Shown here: positions 1 through 8,640 of the stretch, in pieces
Position numbering within the stretch: position 1 is the first letter of the stretch
How the letters are laid out: every line of letters starts with the position of its first letter
Assembly (NCBI GenBank): GCA_016214605.1
Contig: JACROD010000014.1
Span: 41,074 to 105,073, forward strand
Direction of reading: 5' to 3'
Length of the DNA: 64,000 nucleotides
From: Candidatus Kaiserbacteria bacterium
GTDB taxonomy: Bacteria; Patescibacteriota; Minisyncoccia; Phycocordibacterales; UBA2100
Made by a program: the position numbers and the translations under genes
Notes under the pieces: generated by a model
What the model saw: the letters and a program-made list of their open reading frames with translations, nothing else
What the model was told of the DNA's origin: nothing
Database searches by the model: none

Positions 1-732
1 CTCGTACAACGTCTCACCAAATACACCAAGGGCACTTGGTCGGGATTCATGAATCGTCCGACCAATGTCGACATGAACAAAAAACTCGTCGTCTTCTCGG
101 TCCGAGACATGGAAGACGACCTTAAGCCTGCCGCCATGTACATCATCACCCACCACATCTGGAACACAGTGCGCAAAGAACTCCGTAAGCGCCTTCTCGT
201 GATCGACGAAGCGTGGTGGATGATGCGTTCCGAAGACACCGCGTCGTTCCTCTTCTCGATCGCCAAGCGCGGGCGCAAATACTACCTCGGTATCTCGACC
301 ATCACCCAGGACGTCTCCGACTTCTTGAACTCTCCCTACGGCATCCCGATGATCACTAACTCGTCGATCCAGCTCTTGTTGCGCCAATCGCCGACATCGG
401 TCGATCTCGTGCAAAGCACATTCAAACTTTCTGACGAAGAGAAATATCTCTTACTCGAATCGGACGTAGGGGAAGGGATCTTCTTCGCAGGGCTCAAGCA
501 TGTGGCACTCAAGGTGATCGCCTCATATACCGAGGACCAAATCATCACCTCAGATCCTTCTCAGATCCTTGCCATCAAAAAAGCAAAGCAGCAGCTTGCC
601 GCCGTGAACGAGGGTGGCCCAGAAGCCGAAGTGGCCGCTGCTAATGTGGTCGCAGAGCACGCCACTCCGGGCGCTGACACCGCAGGGGTCGGCGCAAGCA
701 CGATCAACAGTGGTGCCTTGAGAGAGGTATGA
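1..732 (+). CDS. VirB4/TrbE-like type IV secretion ATPase, C-terminal portion (5' end lies outside the window)
   Basis: reading frame is open from base 1 to the stop at 732; motifs LLVIDEAWWMM (Walker B-like DEAW) and KYYLGISTITQDVSDF typical of the VirB4/CagE C-terminal ATPase domain. Confidence 0.6.
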   Translation, partial: LVQRLTKYTKGTWSGFMNRPTNVDMNKKLVVFSVRDMEDDLKPAAMYIITHHIWNTVRKELRKRLLVIDEAWWMMRSEDTASFLFSIAKRGRKYYLGISTITQDVSDFLNSPYGIPMITNSSIQLLLRQSPTSVDLVQSTFKLSDEEKYLLLESDVGEGIFFAGLKHVALKVIASYTEDQIITSDPSQILAIKKAKQQLAAVNEGGPEAEVAAANVVAEHATPGADTAGVGASTINSGALREV

Positions 733-1079
733 CGAAAAGACGGATCAGTACATTGAGCGGTTTTCTGCTCTTTGCGTCCGCTCTCATTGTGGATGGGGTT
801 CAGGCATTGGTCGACCTCCTCGTCCTCATTCCCGGGATAGGTATCGTACTGGCTTTTGCTCTCGGCGTGGTCGTCGACGTATCTGCCTGTTTTCTCTTTG
901 GCTTCTGGTTCTCTCATTTGGGACTGCCCTTGCTGACGCGTTACCCACTTGGATTTCTCGGAACACTCGTCATTGAAAATATCCCCGGATTGAATTCACT
1001 CCCCACATGGACTCTTTTTGTGGCCAAGATCATTGCACAAGAGCGTATACGAGAGGGGACGTCTTCAGACGAGGTATAA
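729..1079 (+). CDS. small integral membrane protein (possible T4SS component)
   Basis: ATGA start/stop overlap with the upstream gene; 116 aa with about three hydrophobic helices. Confidence 0.35.
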   Translation: MTKRRISTLSGFLLFASALIVDGVQALVDLLVLIPGIGIVLAFALGVVVDVSACFLFGFWFSHLGLPLLTRYPLGFLGTLVIENIPGLNSLPTWTLFVAKIIAQERIREGTSSDEV

Positions 1080-1087
1080 TACTGTGT

Positions 1088-2143
1088 ATGGCAATAGTGC
1101 AAAAACATTTTCTTTTCACATTGTTTTTGTTGGCACTTCTACTCACCGCGCCCATGGCGTATGCGCAGTCCGGAGCCATCTTCGTTAGTCCCAACCCTGA
1201 GGCAGTGGCGACCATTATCATGATTCCAAAAAATCCATCGCCCGGAGACACCGTGCACCTTACCGTGACCGGCGGATCACTACTCGACCTCCAAAACAGC
1301 ACTATTACTTGGTTTCAAAATGGCAAGCTTATTTCTAAAGGAGTCGGGTATGCGAGTCTCGACATTACCACTGGCACTCTTGGATCAGAGGATGACGTGA
1401 ATGTACAAGTTGACTCTCCGGACGGCGCGACGGCCGCGAGCTCGATCTCGATCATCCCGACACACGTCGACCTGCTCCTCGATTCCGATTCGTATATTCC
1501 GCCCTTCTACCGGGGCAGAGCACTGCCCTCCGCCGGTACTCACATGCAAGCGCAAGCGTTGGTATATTTCAAACGGAGCGACGGATCATTCATACCACCA
1601 AATTCGATCATATATACGTGGAAGGTGAATGGGCAGGTCATCGGAAATGTCTCAGGGAAAGGGAGGCAAACGGCAGTTCTTCCTGCACCGGTATTATTCG
1701 GGACCAGCAACGTCTCTATCGAGGCCGTATCGACCGATAATCTTTTTACTGGATCGGCATCTACCAATATCTCGTCTGTCGAACCTATTCTCATGCTTTA
1801 CGAAGACCATCCACTTTTCGGCATACTCTTTCATCGTGCCATGGGGCAAACGACCACTATTCCAGATTCTGAAATGACGTTTGCCGCAGTGCCTTATTTT
1901 ACTCAAGTGAAAAATCCCAACGACCCACAACTGCGCTATCATTGGATGGTAAACGGAAACCTTATCGTTGCCGACACTAACCATCCGAGTGAGATCGTTA
2001 TCAACGCCGACAAATCCAATGGGGAAGCCGCTATCACGCTTGCACTCAACCATGCGAGTAATTTTTTAATGAACGCAAAAGGAAGTTGGGACGTTATATT
2101 CAAGGTATTTGATCAAACAAACGCTTTTTTCTCTAATTTTTAA
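1088..2143 (+). CDS. secreted hypothetical protein
   Basis: internal ATG of track ORF 1007..2143 that begins right after the 1079 stop; N-terminal signal peptide MAIVQKHFLFTLFLLALLLTAPMAYAQ. Confidence 0.5.
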   Translation: MAIVQKHFLFTLFLLALLLTAPMAYAQSGAIFVSPNPEAVATIIMIPKNPSPGDTVHLTVTGGSLLDLQNSTITWFQNGKLISKGVGYASLDITTGTLGSEDDVNVQVDSPDGATAASSISIIPTHVDLLLDSDSYIPPFYRGRALPSAGTHMQAQALVYFKRSDGSFIPPNSIIYTWKVNGQVIGNVSGKGRQTAVLPAPVLFGTSNVSIEAVSTDNLFTGSASTNISSVEPILMLYEDHPLFGILFHRAMGQTTTIPDSEMTFAAVPYFTQVKNPNDPQLRYHWMVNGNLIVADTNHPSEIVINADKSNGEAAITLALNHASNFLMNAKGSWDVIFKVFDQTNAFFSNF

Positions 2144-2149
2144 TCTCTT

Positions 2150-3397
2150 ATGCATGCCACACGACTTTTCCTACTCTATCTACTCGCTGTCGTTATCGTC
2201 ATAATCCTTGGCGGATTCGTTGGGTGGTACTTCTTTTTGCATATACCACAAACGAAAGAGGCTGTAGTCGACGCGGCACGAGGACTTAATTCTTCGATAA
2301 ACCCTTTCACGGGCGGAAGTACGCAGGACAATATTCGCGTAGAGGTCGCCGGCAACTCCACCAGCACGGCCGAAGTGCCGACATCTGCGCTATGGCAAGT
2401 AGATAAGACGCCCGTCGCTGGCATGAATTTTGTTAAACATGCGACTTCCACTTCTCTAGATTATATACAGCGCGCAAACGGATACGTCTTTCGGGCCGAT
2501 CCGAAAACAAAGACGGTCGTTCGCCTAACGGAAACCCTGACACCAAAGATTTATGAGGCCTTCGTGAGTTCCGACGGTGCCGTGATCGCCCGCTCTCTCG
2601 ATGATTCCGGGTCGATCACCACATTTATGGCGACCGTGGGAGCCACCACATCAAAAACAAGTACTTCTACCGAACAAAACACATTGAGAGGCTCTTATGT
2701 CGCCAAAAATATCTCTTCTGTGGTCCCAAGCCCTACGACACACTCCATCTTTTATACCATTCCCAATGACATTGGAGGGGTCGATGGATACACCGCCCTC
2801 TGGGACGGATCGAAACCAAAAAAGATCTTCATTTCGATCATTTCTCACTGGACACCTCTATGGCTTTCGGACGGACGCCTTATTATCACAGAAAACCCTG
2901 CCGATGATATGCCGGGCTATGCCTATAGTGTGAGTAACGATGGCACTATGACACTATTGGTCGGCAACGTCCCAGGACTCACATTCCTGCCACTCTCATC
3001 CTCAAAAGCGGTCATTTACGGAGCATCTGCAAACGGCGTACTTTCACTTTTTGCCCAAGGGGCTGCCAGCACTACCCCAAACACCCTCAATATTCAAACG
3101 GTCGCCGATAAATGCGTGTGGCTGGGAGGTAAAAGTCTCATCGCTTACTGCGCTGTTCCGACGACTCCTCCTACAGGAAAATTCCTTGATCAGTGGTACC
3201 GCGGAGTTATTCACACTTCTGATTCATGGTGGAAAGTAGACGTCCAAAACAGTGTTGCCCTAGAAATATATTCACCGAAGACGACGAATAACGTCGACCT
3301 CGACGTCGAACGCCCCACCATTGATCCGAGTGGAAATTATATTGCCTTTATCAACGCGTCCGACAAATCGCTTTGGATGCTTAATATACCCCAATAA
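2150..3397 (+). CDS. membrane-anchored extracellular hypothetical protein
   Basis: 415 aa ORF; one N-terminal TM helix (LFLLYLLAVVIVIILGGFVGWYFF) followed by a Ser/Thr-rich ectodomain. Confidence 0.5.
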   Translation: MHATRLFLLYLLAVVIVIILGGFVGWYFFLHIPQTKEAVVDAARGLNSSINPFTGGSTQDNIRVEVAGNSTSTAEVPTSALWQVDKTPVAGMNFVKHATSTSLDYIQRANGYVFRADPKTKTVVRLTETLTPKIYEAFVSSDGAVIARSLDDSGSITTFMATVGATTSKTSTSTEQNTLRGSYVAKNISSVVPSPTTHSIFYTIPNDIGGVDGYTALWDGSKPKKIFISIISHWTPLWLSDGRLIITENPADDMPGYAYSVSNDGTMTLLVGNVPGLTFLPLSSSKAVIYGASANGVLSLFAQGAASTTPNTLNIQTVADKCVWLGGKSLIAYCAVPTTPPTGKFLDQWYRGVIHTSDSWWKVDVQNSVALEIYSPKTTNNVDLDVERPTIDPSGNYIAFINASDKSLWMLNIPQ

Positions 3398-3400
3398 TCT

Positions 3401-3841
3401 ATGCGTTCAGTAATAAAAATAAAGTACTGTCTTCGTATTGGATTGTTCTTACTCAGTATTTTTGGGTTGTTTATTTTGACCGCCACACTGACCTTCGCAC
3501 AACAAACAACGGCCGGCACGTCAAACTTCGTACCCCTTGTCGATCTTCCATCGCAGTCGTCAAAGTTTGCTGGCTTTTATTCTGCGCAGAACCTCAGCGC
3601 ATTTCTCAACCGACTGTTCTTTTTTGCAATCTCGCTCGGTGGCATACTTGCGGTCGGACGACTGGTCTATGCAGGATGGCTTTACACGATGGGCGACATG
3701 GGGGGAAACATCAAAAAAGCGAAGGAGATCATCGGTAATGTTGTGATCGGCCTCCTTCTTCTTCTTTCAATCTGGCTGATCTTGAACCAAATAAATCCAG
3801 AGATCCTAAATCTGAGTATTTTACGTAATCTCGGCGGATGA
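3401..3841 (+). CDS. TrbC/VirB2-like pilin-like protein
   Basis: 146 aa; signal peptide plus two hydrophobic helices (FFFAISLGGILAVGRLVYAGWLY and VVIGLLLLLSIWLILNQI), the VirB2/TrbC architecture; follows the VirB4-like gene. Confidence 0.4.
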   Translation: MRSVIKIKYCLRIGLFLLSIFGLFILTATLTFAQQTTAGTSNFVPLVDLPSQSSKFAGFYSAQNLSAFLNRLFFFAISLGGILAVGRLVYAGWLYTMGDMGGNIKKAKEIIGNVVIGLLLLLSIWLILNQINPEILNLSILRNLGG

Positions 3842-3945
3842 GCTGGTACCGCCACCGGCGGCGGCGCATCAGGCAGCTTTTAGTAGATATTTGGAGCAGG
3901 CTGGGCCAGCATCCGGACCATAAGATTGATCGTTGTAATATTGTC

Positions 3946-4416
3946 TTATGCGGCGTATTTGATCACAACCCGTCTATTGCGCCCCTCACCTTGTGACTCG
4001 GTCTTTATGTTCGAGGCTTCGGCGAGTGTTGTGTGTACGATAAGGCGCTCATAGGCGCTCATAGGGGACAACTCGACATCATACTGGAACGAACGGGCCC
4101 GCTCGGCCATTATCAAAGCCTTCGACTGAAGGTCTTTGATCTGTTTGGTCCGGTGGTCATTGACATCAACCAGGAATAGGGGCTCGTTGCGCGTGGCGCC
4201 CTCCTGTGAACCAGCTTGTTTTTCGGCAATCTTTTTTACCAAAGAGTCGATCGCGTGGATCGTCTCGCTGTGAAATCCTATGAGAGATGCGCCGGAATCT
4301 TTCGTCACAATCGAATAGATCGTCTGTCCAGCAAGTTCGGTTTCAGTGACATCACGGTAATCAATACCGGCGGCATTAAGCAGATTCTTGACGATATCAA
4401 CGACATTGAGACTCAT
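3946..4416 (-). CDS. jag: Jag/KhpB R3H-domain RNA-binding protein
   Basis: 156 aa; position immediately downstream of yidC with overlapping stop/start; C-terminal R3H-like region (…RRVVIKYAA). Confidence 0.7.
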   Translation of the reverse strand: MSLNVVDIVKNLLNAAGIDYRDVTETELAGQTIYSIVTKDSGASLIGFHSETIHAIDSLVKKIAEKQAGSQEGATRNEPLFLVDVNDHRTKQIKDLQSKALIMAERARSFQYDVELSPMSAYERLIVHTTLAEASNIKTESQGEGRNRRVVIKYAA

Positions 4417-5183
4417 TGAGCCTTTTTATCATAAAAACGTCTCCCAGCCAAGTATTCTTGCGCGATCATAAAAAGATTACTCGTCACATAGTAGAGCGGA
4501 GCGGCGGCGGCGACCACATAGACCACAAAACCAATAACAAGAGGGAGCATGTAGCGCACCTGGAGGTCGAAGCTTTTAGCCATATCGTTTGAAAGAGACT
4601 CTTCTACAGCTGTTTTACCTGCCCGCGGCCCCATAGAGAGGCGAGAATATATCATTTGGGTCGCTACCGTGAGTATGGCAAGCACTATATTGTGTTTTGC
4701 GCCCACATCTATGACGCCCAAGAACATCATATTGACTGTTTCCGGACGCGGCACAAAACTATACAAAACGGCCTCATTGAGGTGCGGGAGCCCACCCATG
4801 GCAAATATCCAGTAGAGGGCGATCAAAATGGGTAACTGGACCAACATAAGCCCAAGGCCGGCAAAAGGGTGTATATCGTGCTCTTTATAGAAGGCAAAAA
4901 CAGCTTGGGTCTGTTCTGGGGAATTCTTTTTATATTTTTTCTTCAGCTCTTCCACTGCAGGAACGGCTTTTTTCATTGCGATCTGGGATTGGATAGCGCG
5001 TTTTGAAAGAGGGTAAACGACCAATCGTACCAAAATCGTCAATAAGACGATCGCGATACCTACATCATGGCTGGGGATATGGTCGACCAAAAAAATAAGC
5101 CCGTTGTAGAGAGGGTTATAGACCACTGCATGGAAGGTGCTCGATATCATAAGGGAATTGTAGCCTGGAAAGGTGTTTATCAA
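4413..5183 (-). CDS. yidC: membrane protein insertase YidC (short form)
   Basis: 256 aa multi-TM YidC/Oxa1-like sequence; conserved rnpA-yidC-jag order. Confidence 0.85.
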   Translation of the reverse strand: MINTFPGYNSLMISSTFHAVVYNPLYNGLIFLVDHIPSHDVGIAIVLLTILVRLVVYPLSKRAIQSQIAMKKAVPAVEELKKKYKKNSPEQTQAVFAFYKEHDIHPFAGLGLMLVQLPILIALYWIFAMGGLPHLNEAVLYSFVPRPETVNMMFLGVIDVGAKHNIVLAILTVATQMIYSRLSMGPRAGKTAVEESLSNDMAKSFDLQVRYMLPLVIGFVVYVVAAAAPLYYVTSNLFMIAQEYLAGRRFYDKKAQ

Positions 5184-5186
5184 AAG

Positions 5187-5528
5187 TTATTTTAAAATAC
5201 CATTTACCTTGAGTACCTGGGCCACATCTTCTGATAATTGCTCAAAAGTGGCTTTAGTACTCGATGAATTGGTATAAAAAGCCAGCGCCAGTGGTTGTTT
5301 GACCTGCGGCATGAGACCCTGCAAGACCGCTCGAAAACGACGCTTGATGAGATTGCGATCCACAGCCTTACGAGAGACTTTTTTGGAGACGATGCAGGCG
5401 GCTTTCGGGGGAGTGTCCACCGGAAGAGGAAAGATCGAAAGAGTAAAAAACACTCCGCGTACACGGCGTGTTTTTTGGCTTGAAAACAGCTTAAAATCGG
5501 CACGTGTGAGCCGAAATTTGGTAGGCAT
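5187..5528 (-). CDS. rnpA: ribonuclease P protein component
   Basis: internal ATG (MPTKFRLTRADF…) of track ORF 5187..5609; basic RnpA-like sequence; sits between rpmH and yidC. Confidence 0.75.
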   Translation of the reverse strand: MPTKFRLTRADFKLFSSQKTRRVRGVFFTLSIFPLPVDTPPKAACIVSKKVSRKAVDRNLIKRRFRAVLQGLMPQVKQPLALAFYTNSSSTKATFEQLSEDVAQVLKVNGILK

Positions 5529-5538
5529 TGGATGGCCG

Positions 5539-5673
5539 TTAGACAGTAAGTGCAGCGCGCCCCTTGCGGCGACGGCGAATAAGGACACGGGCGCCGGTCT
5601 TGGTAGCACTACGGACGAGAAATCCGTGTGTTTTGGCTCTTTTGCGCTTTTTTGGCTGGTATGTTCGCTTCAT
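5539..5673 (-). CDS. rpmH: 50S ribosomal protein L34
   Basis: not in the ORF track (44 aa); minus-strand translation [44 protein letters not shown]. Confidence 0.85.
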   Translation of the reverse strand: MKRTYQPKKRKRAKTHGFLVRSATKTGARVLIRRRRKGRAALTV

Positions 5674-5708
5674 CGCGCCACTATAACCTTTCCACACCAA
5701 AACTCAAG

Positions 5709-5825
5709 GGCCACCAAATGAATTCGTTATTTTTTGTTCGAGGACCGAACCCGCAGGCTCGCGGAGCGGCCGTGAGGGCGCTCCGCGTTCCGCAGAACAA
5801 AAAATAACGAATTCATTTGGTGGCC
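5709..5825. repeat. 117-nt near-perfect palindrome (31-bp perfect arms, GC-rich 55-nt centre with inner 9-bp stem)
   Basis: ggccaccaaatgaattcgttattttttgttc at 5709-5739 is the exact reverse complement of 5795-5825; inner cgcggagcg/cgctccgcg. Confidence 0.85.
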
Positions 5826-5831
5826 TAACCA

Positions 5832-5902
5832 CTATCCACACCTTATCCACACCTTGTGAACATGTGGAGAAGAATACGTCTATCTTCTACTGTGTGAATA
5901 CG
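5832..5902 (+). promoter_or_regulatory. DnaA-box cluster and -10 element upstream of dnaA
   Basis: ctatccaca 5832-5840, ttatccaca 5843-5851 (perfect TTATCCACA), tgtggagaa 5863-5871; TATAAT at 5897-5902. Confidence 0.55.
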
Positions 5903-5935
5903 AGCGTATAATGAAGCCGTTAGTCGCGTGCACCT

Positions 5936-7288
5936 ATGATGGCAAACAGAGAACTCTGGCAGAACGCACTCGTACAGATCGAGCTTGGCACCTCTGAGAC
6001 GAGTTTCCGCACTTGGTTCCGCAACACCGACATCGCAAACAGGGAGGGGGGTGTCGTGCATGTGGCCGTCCCTTCCAAGATCGTCAAAGAGTGGTTGATG
6101 GACAAACACAACAAACTCATCCTCAAAGCGCTTCGCGGCCTTGATCCGACCATTCGGACGGTTGAATACACCATCCACAAATCCATCGCCCCCGTTGCCG
6201 ACCGAAAGGCTCCCCGTCCACAAGTCTCCGACAACGCCTCTCTGGACCTCAACAGCCTCTACATCGATAAACGAGACAATCTCAACCCACGGTACACCTT
6301 TGAGACCTTCGTTGTGGGACCCTTTAATCAACTCGCTCACGCAGCAGCCAAAGCTGTCCTTGACCGGCCCGGCCTTAGCTATAATCCGCTTTTTATTTAC
6401 GGATCGACCGGCCACGGAAAGACCCATTTGATCCAAGCGGTGGGTAATTATTTCAAAAAAGCCCACGCCAACAAAAAAGTCCTTTATGTGACTTCTGAGC
6501 GCTTTGCTATCGACTACATAAATGCGGTGCGTTCCGGCCACGCGAACAATTTTAAAGACCAATATCGGCAATACGATGTATTGATTATGGATGACGTCCA
6601 ATTCATTGCGAACACAGAAAAGACCCAAGAGGAACTTTTTCACCTTTTTAATGCGCTTCGCGACAACAATAAACAGATCGTCTTCTCGTCAGATAGGCAC
6701 CCCTCCTTACTTAACGGTTTTGAAGATCGTCTCAAGGGGCGTTTTGCCGGCGGTATGATCGCCGAGATCCCTGAACCGGACATAGAATCCCGTACTGCGA
6801 TCATTCGAGCAAAGATAGAACAGCATGGATTTTCGATCCCTGAGGATATTATTACCTACATAGCGGAAAATGTTCGCGGCAACATCAGAGAGTTGGAAGG
6901 TGTTCTTAATATGATCGTTTGTCGATCCCAACTGAAAGGAAAAGTGATCTCTCACGCGGATGTGCGCGCCCTCATTAAACACAACACGAAACCATCGAAG
7001 GGTGTTTCTGTGGAGGAAGTTGTTCGGCGTATCGCGCACTATTATGATATTGCCGAGAAAAGCATCTATGAAAAGACACGAAAAAAGGAGGTGGTGCGGC
7101 CCCGACAGGTGATTATGTATATTTTGCGTGAAGAATTTAACATCTCATACCCTTCGATAGGGGAGAAACTCGGGGGACGGGATCATACAACCGTGATTCA
7201 TTCGTGTGAGAAGATAAAAGAAGAGATGAAGACTAATAACTCCCTTGAGGCCGAAGTGGAGCATGTTCGATCCCTTATTCAGGTATAA
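5936..7288 (+). CDS. dnaA: chromosomal replication initiator DnaA
   Basis: 450 aa; Walker A GSTGHGKTHLIQA; AAA+ and C-terminal DNA-binding domain; followed by dnaN. Confidence 0.95.
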   Translation: MMANRELWQNALVQIELGTSETSFRTWFRNTDIANREGGVVHVAVPSKIVKEWLMDKHNKLILKALRGLDPTIRTVEYTIHKSIAPVADRKAPRPQVSDNASLDLNSLYIDKRDNLNPRYTFETFVVGPFNQLAHAAAKAVLDRPGLSYNPLFIYGSTGHGKTHLIQAVGNYFKKAHANKKVLYVTSERFAIDYINAVRSGHANNFKDQYRQYDVLIMDDVQFIANTEKTQEELFHLFNALRDNNKQIVFSSDRHPSLLNGFEDRLKGRFAGGMIAEIPEPDIESRTAIIRAKIEQHGFSIPEDIITYIAENVRGNIRELEGVLNMIVCRSQLKGKVISHADVRALIKHNTKPSKGVSVEEVVRRIAHYYDIAEKSIYEKTRKKEVVRPRQVIMYILREEFNISYPSIGEKLGGRDHTTVIHSCEKIKEEMKTNNSLEAEVEHVRSLIQV

Positions 7289-7525
7289 ATTGTGGATAAT
7301 CATGTGTATATGTGTATGAATAGTACGTTGAAAAGAGGTGCGGAGAGTAGAGGATATAGACAAGTGCTTACCCATACACTTCTTATACCCACATTAAATC
7401 ACCATTACGCACAAAGTTTTCAACAATCGGACATATGGAATAAATCCTTTCTTTTCAACAAAAAATTCAGTTTTCCCCATTATCCACACCACTAATAGAG
7501 TTAGTAAGTTTTTAAAAATTTTTCT
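7289..7525. promoter_or_regulatory. candidate oriC (dnaA-dnaN intergenic, AT-rich, DnaA boxes)
   Basis: perfect DnaA boxes tgtggataa 7291-7299 and ttatccaca 7480-7488 flanking an AT-rich stretch. Confidence 0.5.
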
Positions 7526-8629
7526 ATGAAGATCAGTACAAGAAAAGAATCGATTGTGCAGGCAGTACTTCTCTCTGAGAGAGTCACGGGGAAGAAGGAG
7601 TCTCTCCCTATTCTCTCCTGTATTCTGATCGATGCTCAAGAGAATGTGGTGGTGCGTGCGACCAATCTGGAGAGTGGTGTGGATGTGCGTGTACCGGCGG
7701 AGATCGAGGAGAAGGGCAGGGTGGCTGTCATGGCCTCAGTGCTCTCACAAACACTACGTTCTATAAATAGTGATACCGTTACTCTTAAGACCAATGACGA
7801 CGGTAATCTTGTTATTGAATCTCGCGGCACCAAGACGGTTATAAAAGCGATCCCTCATGATGAATTTCCGACACTTTCTCGCGATACTGGTGAAAAGAAA
7901 GGTGTAACGGTACTTCGTGACCGTTTTTTACGCGGTCTTCAGGCTGTTATCTATGCGGCCTCACCTTCCATGATCCGTCCGGAATTGGGGAGTGTGTATG
8001 TGTCTATAAAACAAGGAGTTATTGTGTGCGCAGCCACAGATTCATTTCGTTTGGCGGAAAAAACCATCCCTGGTGGGTCTAGGGAGGAGGTAGGGGACAT
8101 ACTAATACCACTCAAGCATGCACTCGAGCTCGTGCATATACTTGAGCGCCTCAATACAGAAAATATCGAGGTGCTCGTCGAAGAGACGGACCTCGATGTC
8201 CGGTCTGATAGTACACGATTTATTTCTCGTGTGGTTGATGGGACATTTCCCAACTACAAAGAGATTATTCCCAAAAAATTCACCACAGAAGCAACACTCC
8301 TCAAGAGTGACCTGTCGGAAATGCTCCGAAAGGCGCGTATATTTTCAGGCAACGACCAACATGTGGGACTCCATGTATATCCGGGGCGTAAGATATTTTC
8401 CGCCACAGCGCGCAGTAATGATGTGGGGGAAATGTCCGATTCTATAGATGCCGCTATCCAGGGAGAAGATATAGATATTAATTTTCACATCGGGTATCTC
8501 GGAGAGTGTCTCTCTTCAATCGAGTCGGACAGTATCACGCTTGGGTTTGGTGGTATCGGTAGGCCGATGGTGGTGCGCGGCGTGTCGGATGCCACATTCA
8601 CGTATTTGGTAATGCCGCTTAATCGCTAA
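7526..8629 (+). CDS. dnaN: DNA polymerase III beta sliding clamp
   Basis: 367 aa with beta-clamp three-domain pattern; directly after dnaA. Confidence 0.9.
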   Translation: MKISTRKESIVQAVLLSERVTGKKESLPILSCILIDAQENVVVRATNLESGVDVRVPAEIEEKGRVAVMASVLSQTLRSINSDTVTLKTNDDGNLVIESRGTKTVIKAIPHDEFPTLSRDTGEKKGVTVLRDRFLRGLQAVIYAASPSMIRPELGSVYVSIKQGVIVCAATDSFRLAEKTIPGGSREEVGDILIPLKHALELVHILERLNTENIEVLVEETDLDVRSDSTRFISRVVDGTFPNYKEIIPKKFTTEATLLKSDLSEMLRKARIFSGNDQHVGLHVYPGRKIFSATARSNDVGEMSDSIDAAIQGEDIDINFHIGYLGECLSSIESDSITLGFGGIGRPMVVRGVSDATFTYLVMPLNR

Positions 8630-8640
8630 TCTCTCCTGGT

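Noticed and set aside
1007-1087. Upstream extension of the secreted-protein ORF (track start 1007)
   Set aside because: The extension overlaps the preceding membrane-protein gene, and the internal Met at 1088 begins a canonical signal peptide.
5204-5721. ORFs 5204..5503 (-) and 5299..5721 (+)
   Set aside because: They overlap rnpA and rpmH, whose translations match conserved families; they are alternative-frame or antisense artefacts.
5709-5825. Integron attC site / terminator interpretation of the 117-nt palindrome
   Set aside because: attC sites are imperfect with extrahelical bases and lie next to cassette ORFs. Here the arms are perfect 31-mers in a divergent promoter region with no convergent genes and no intI.
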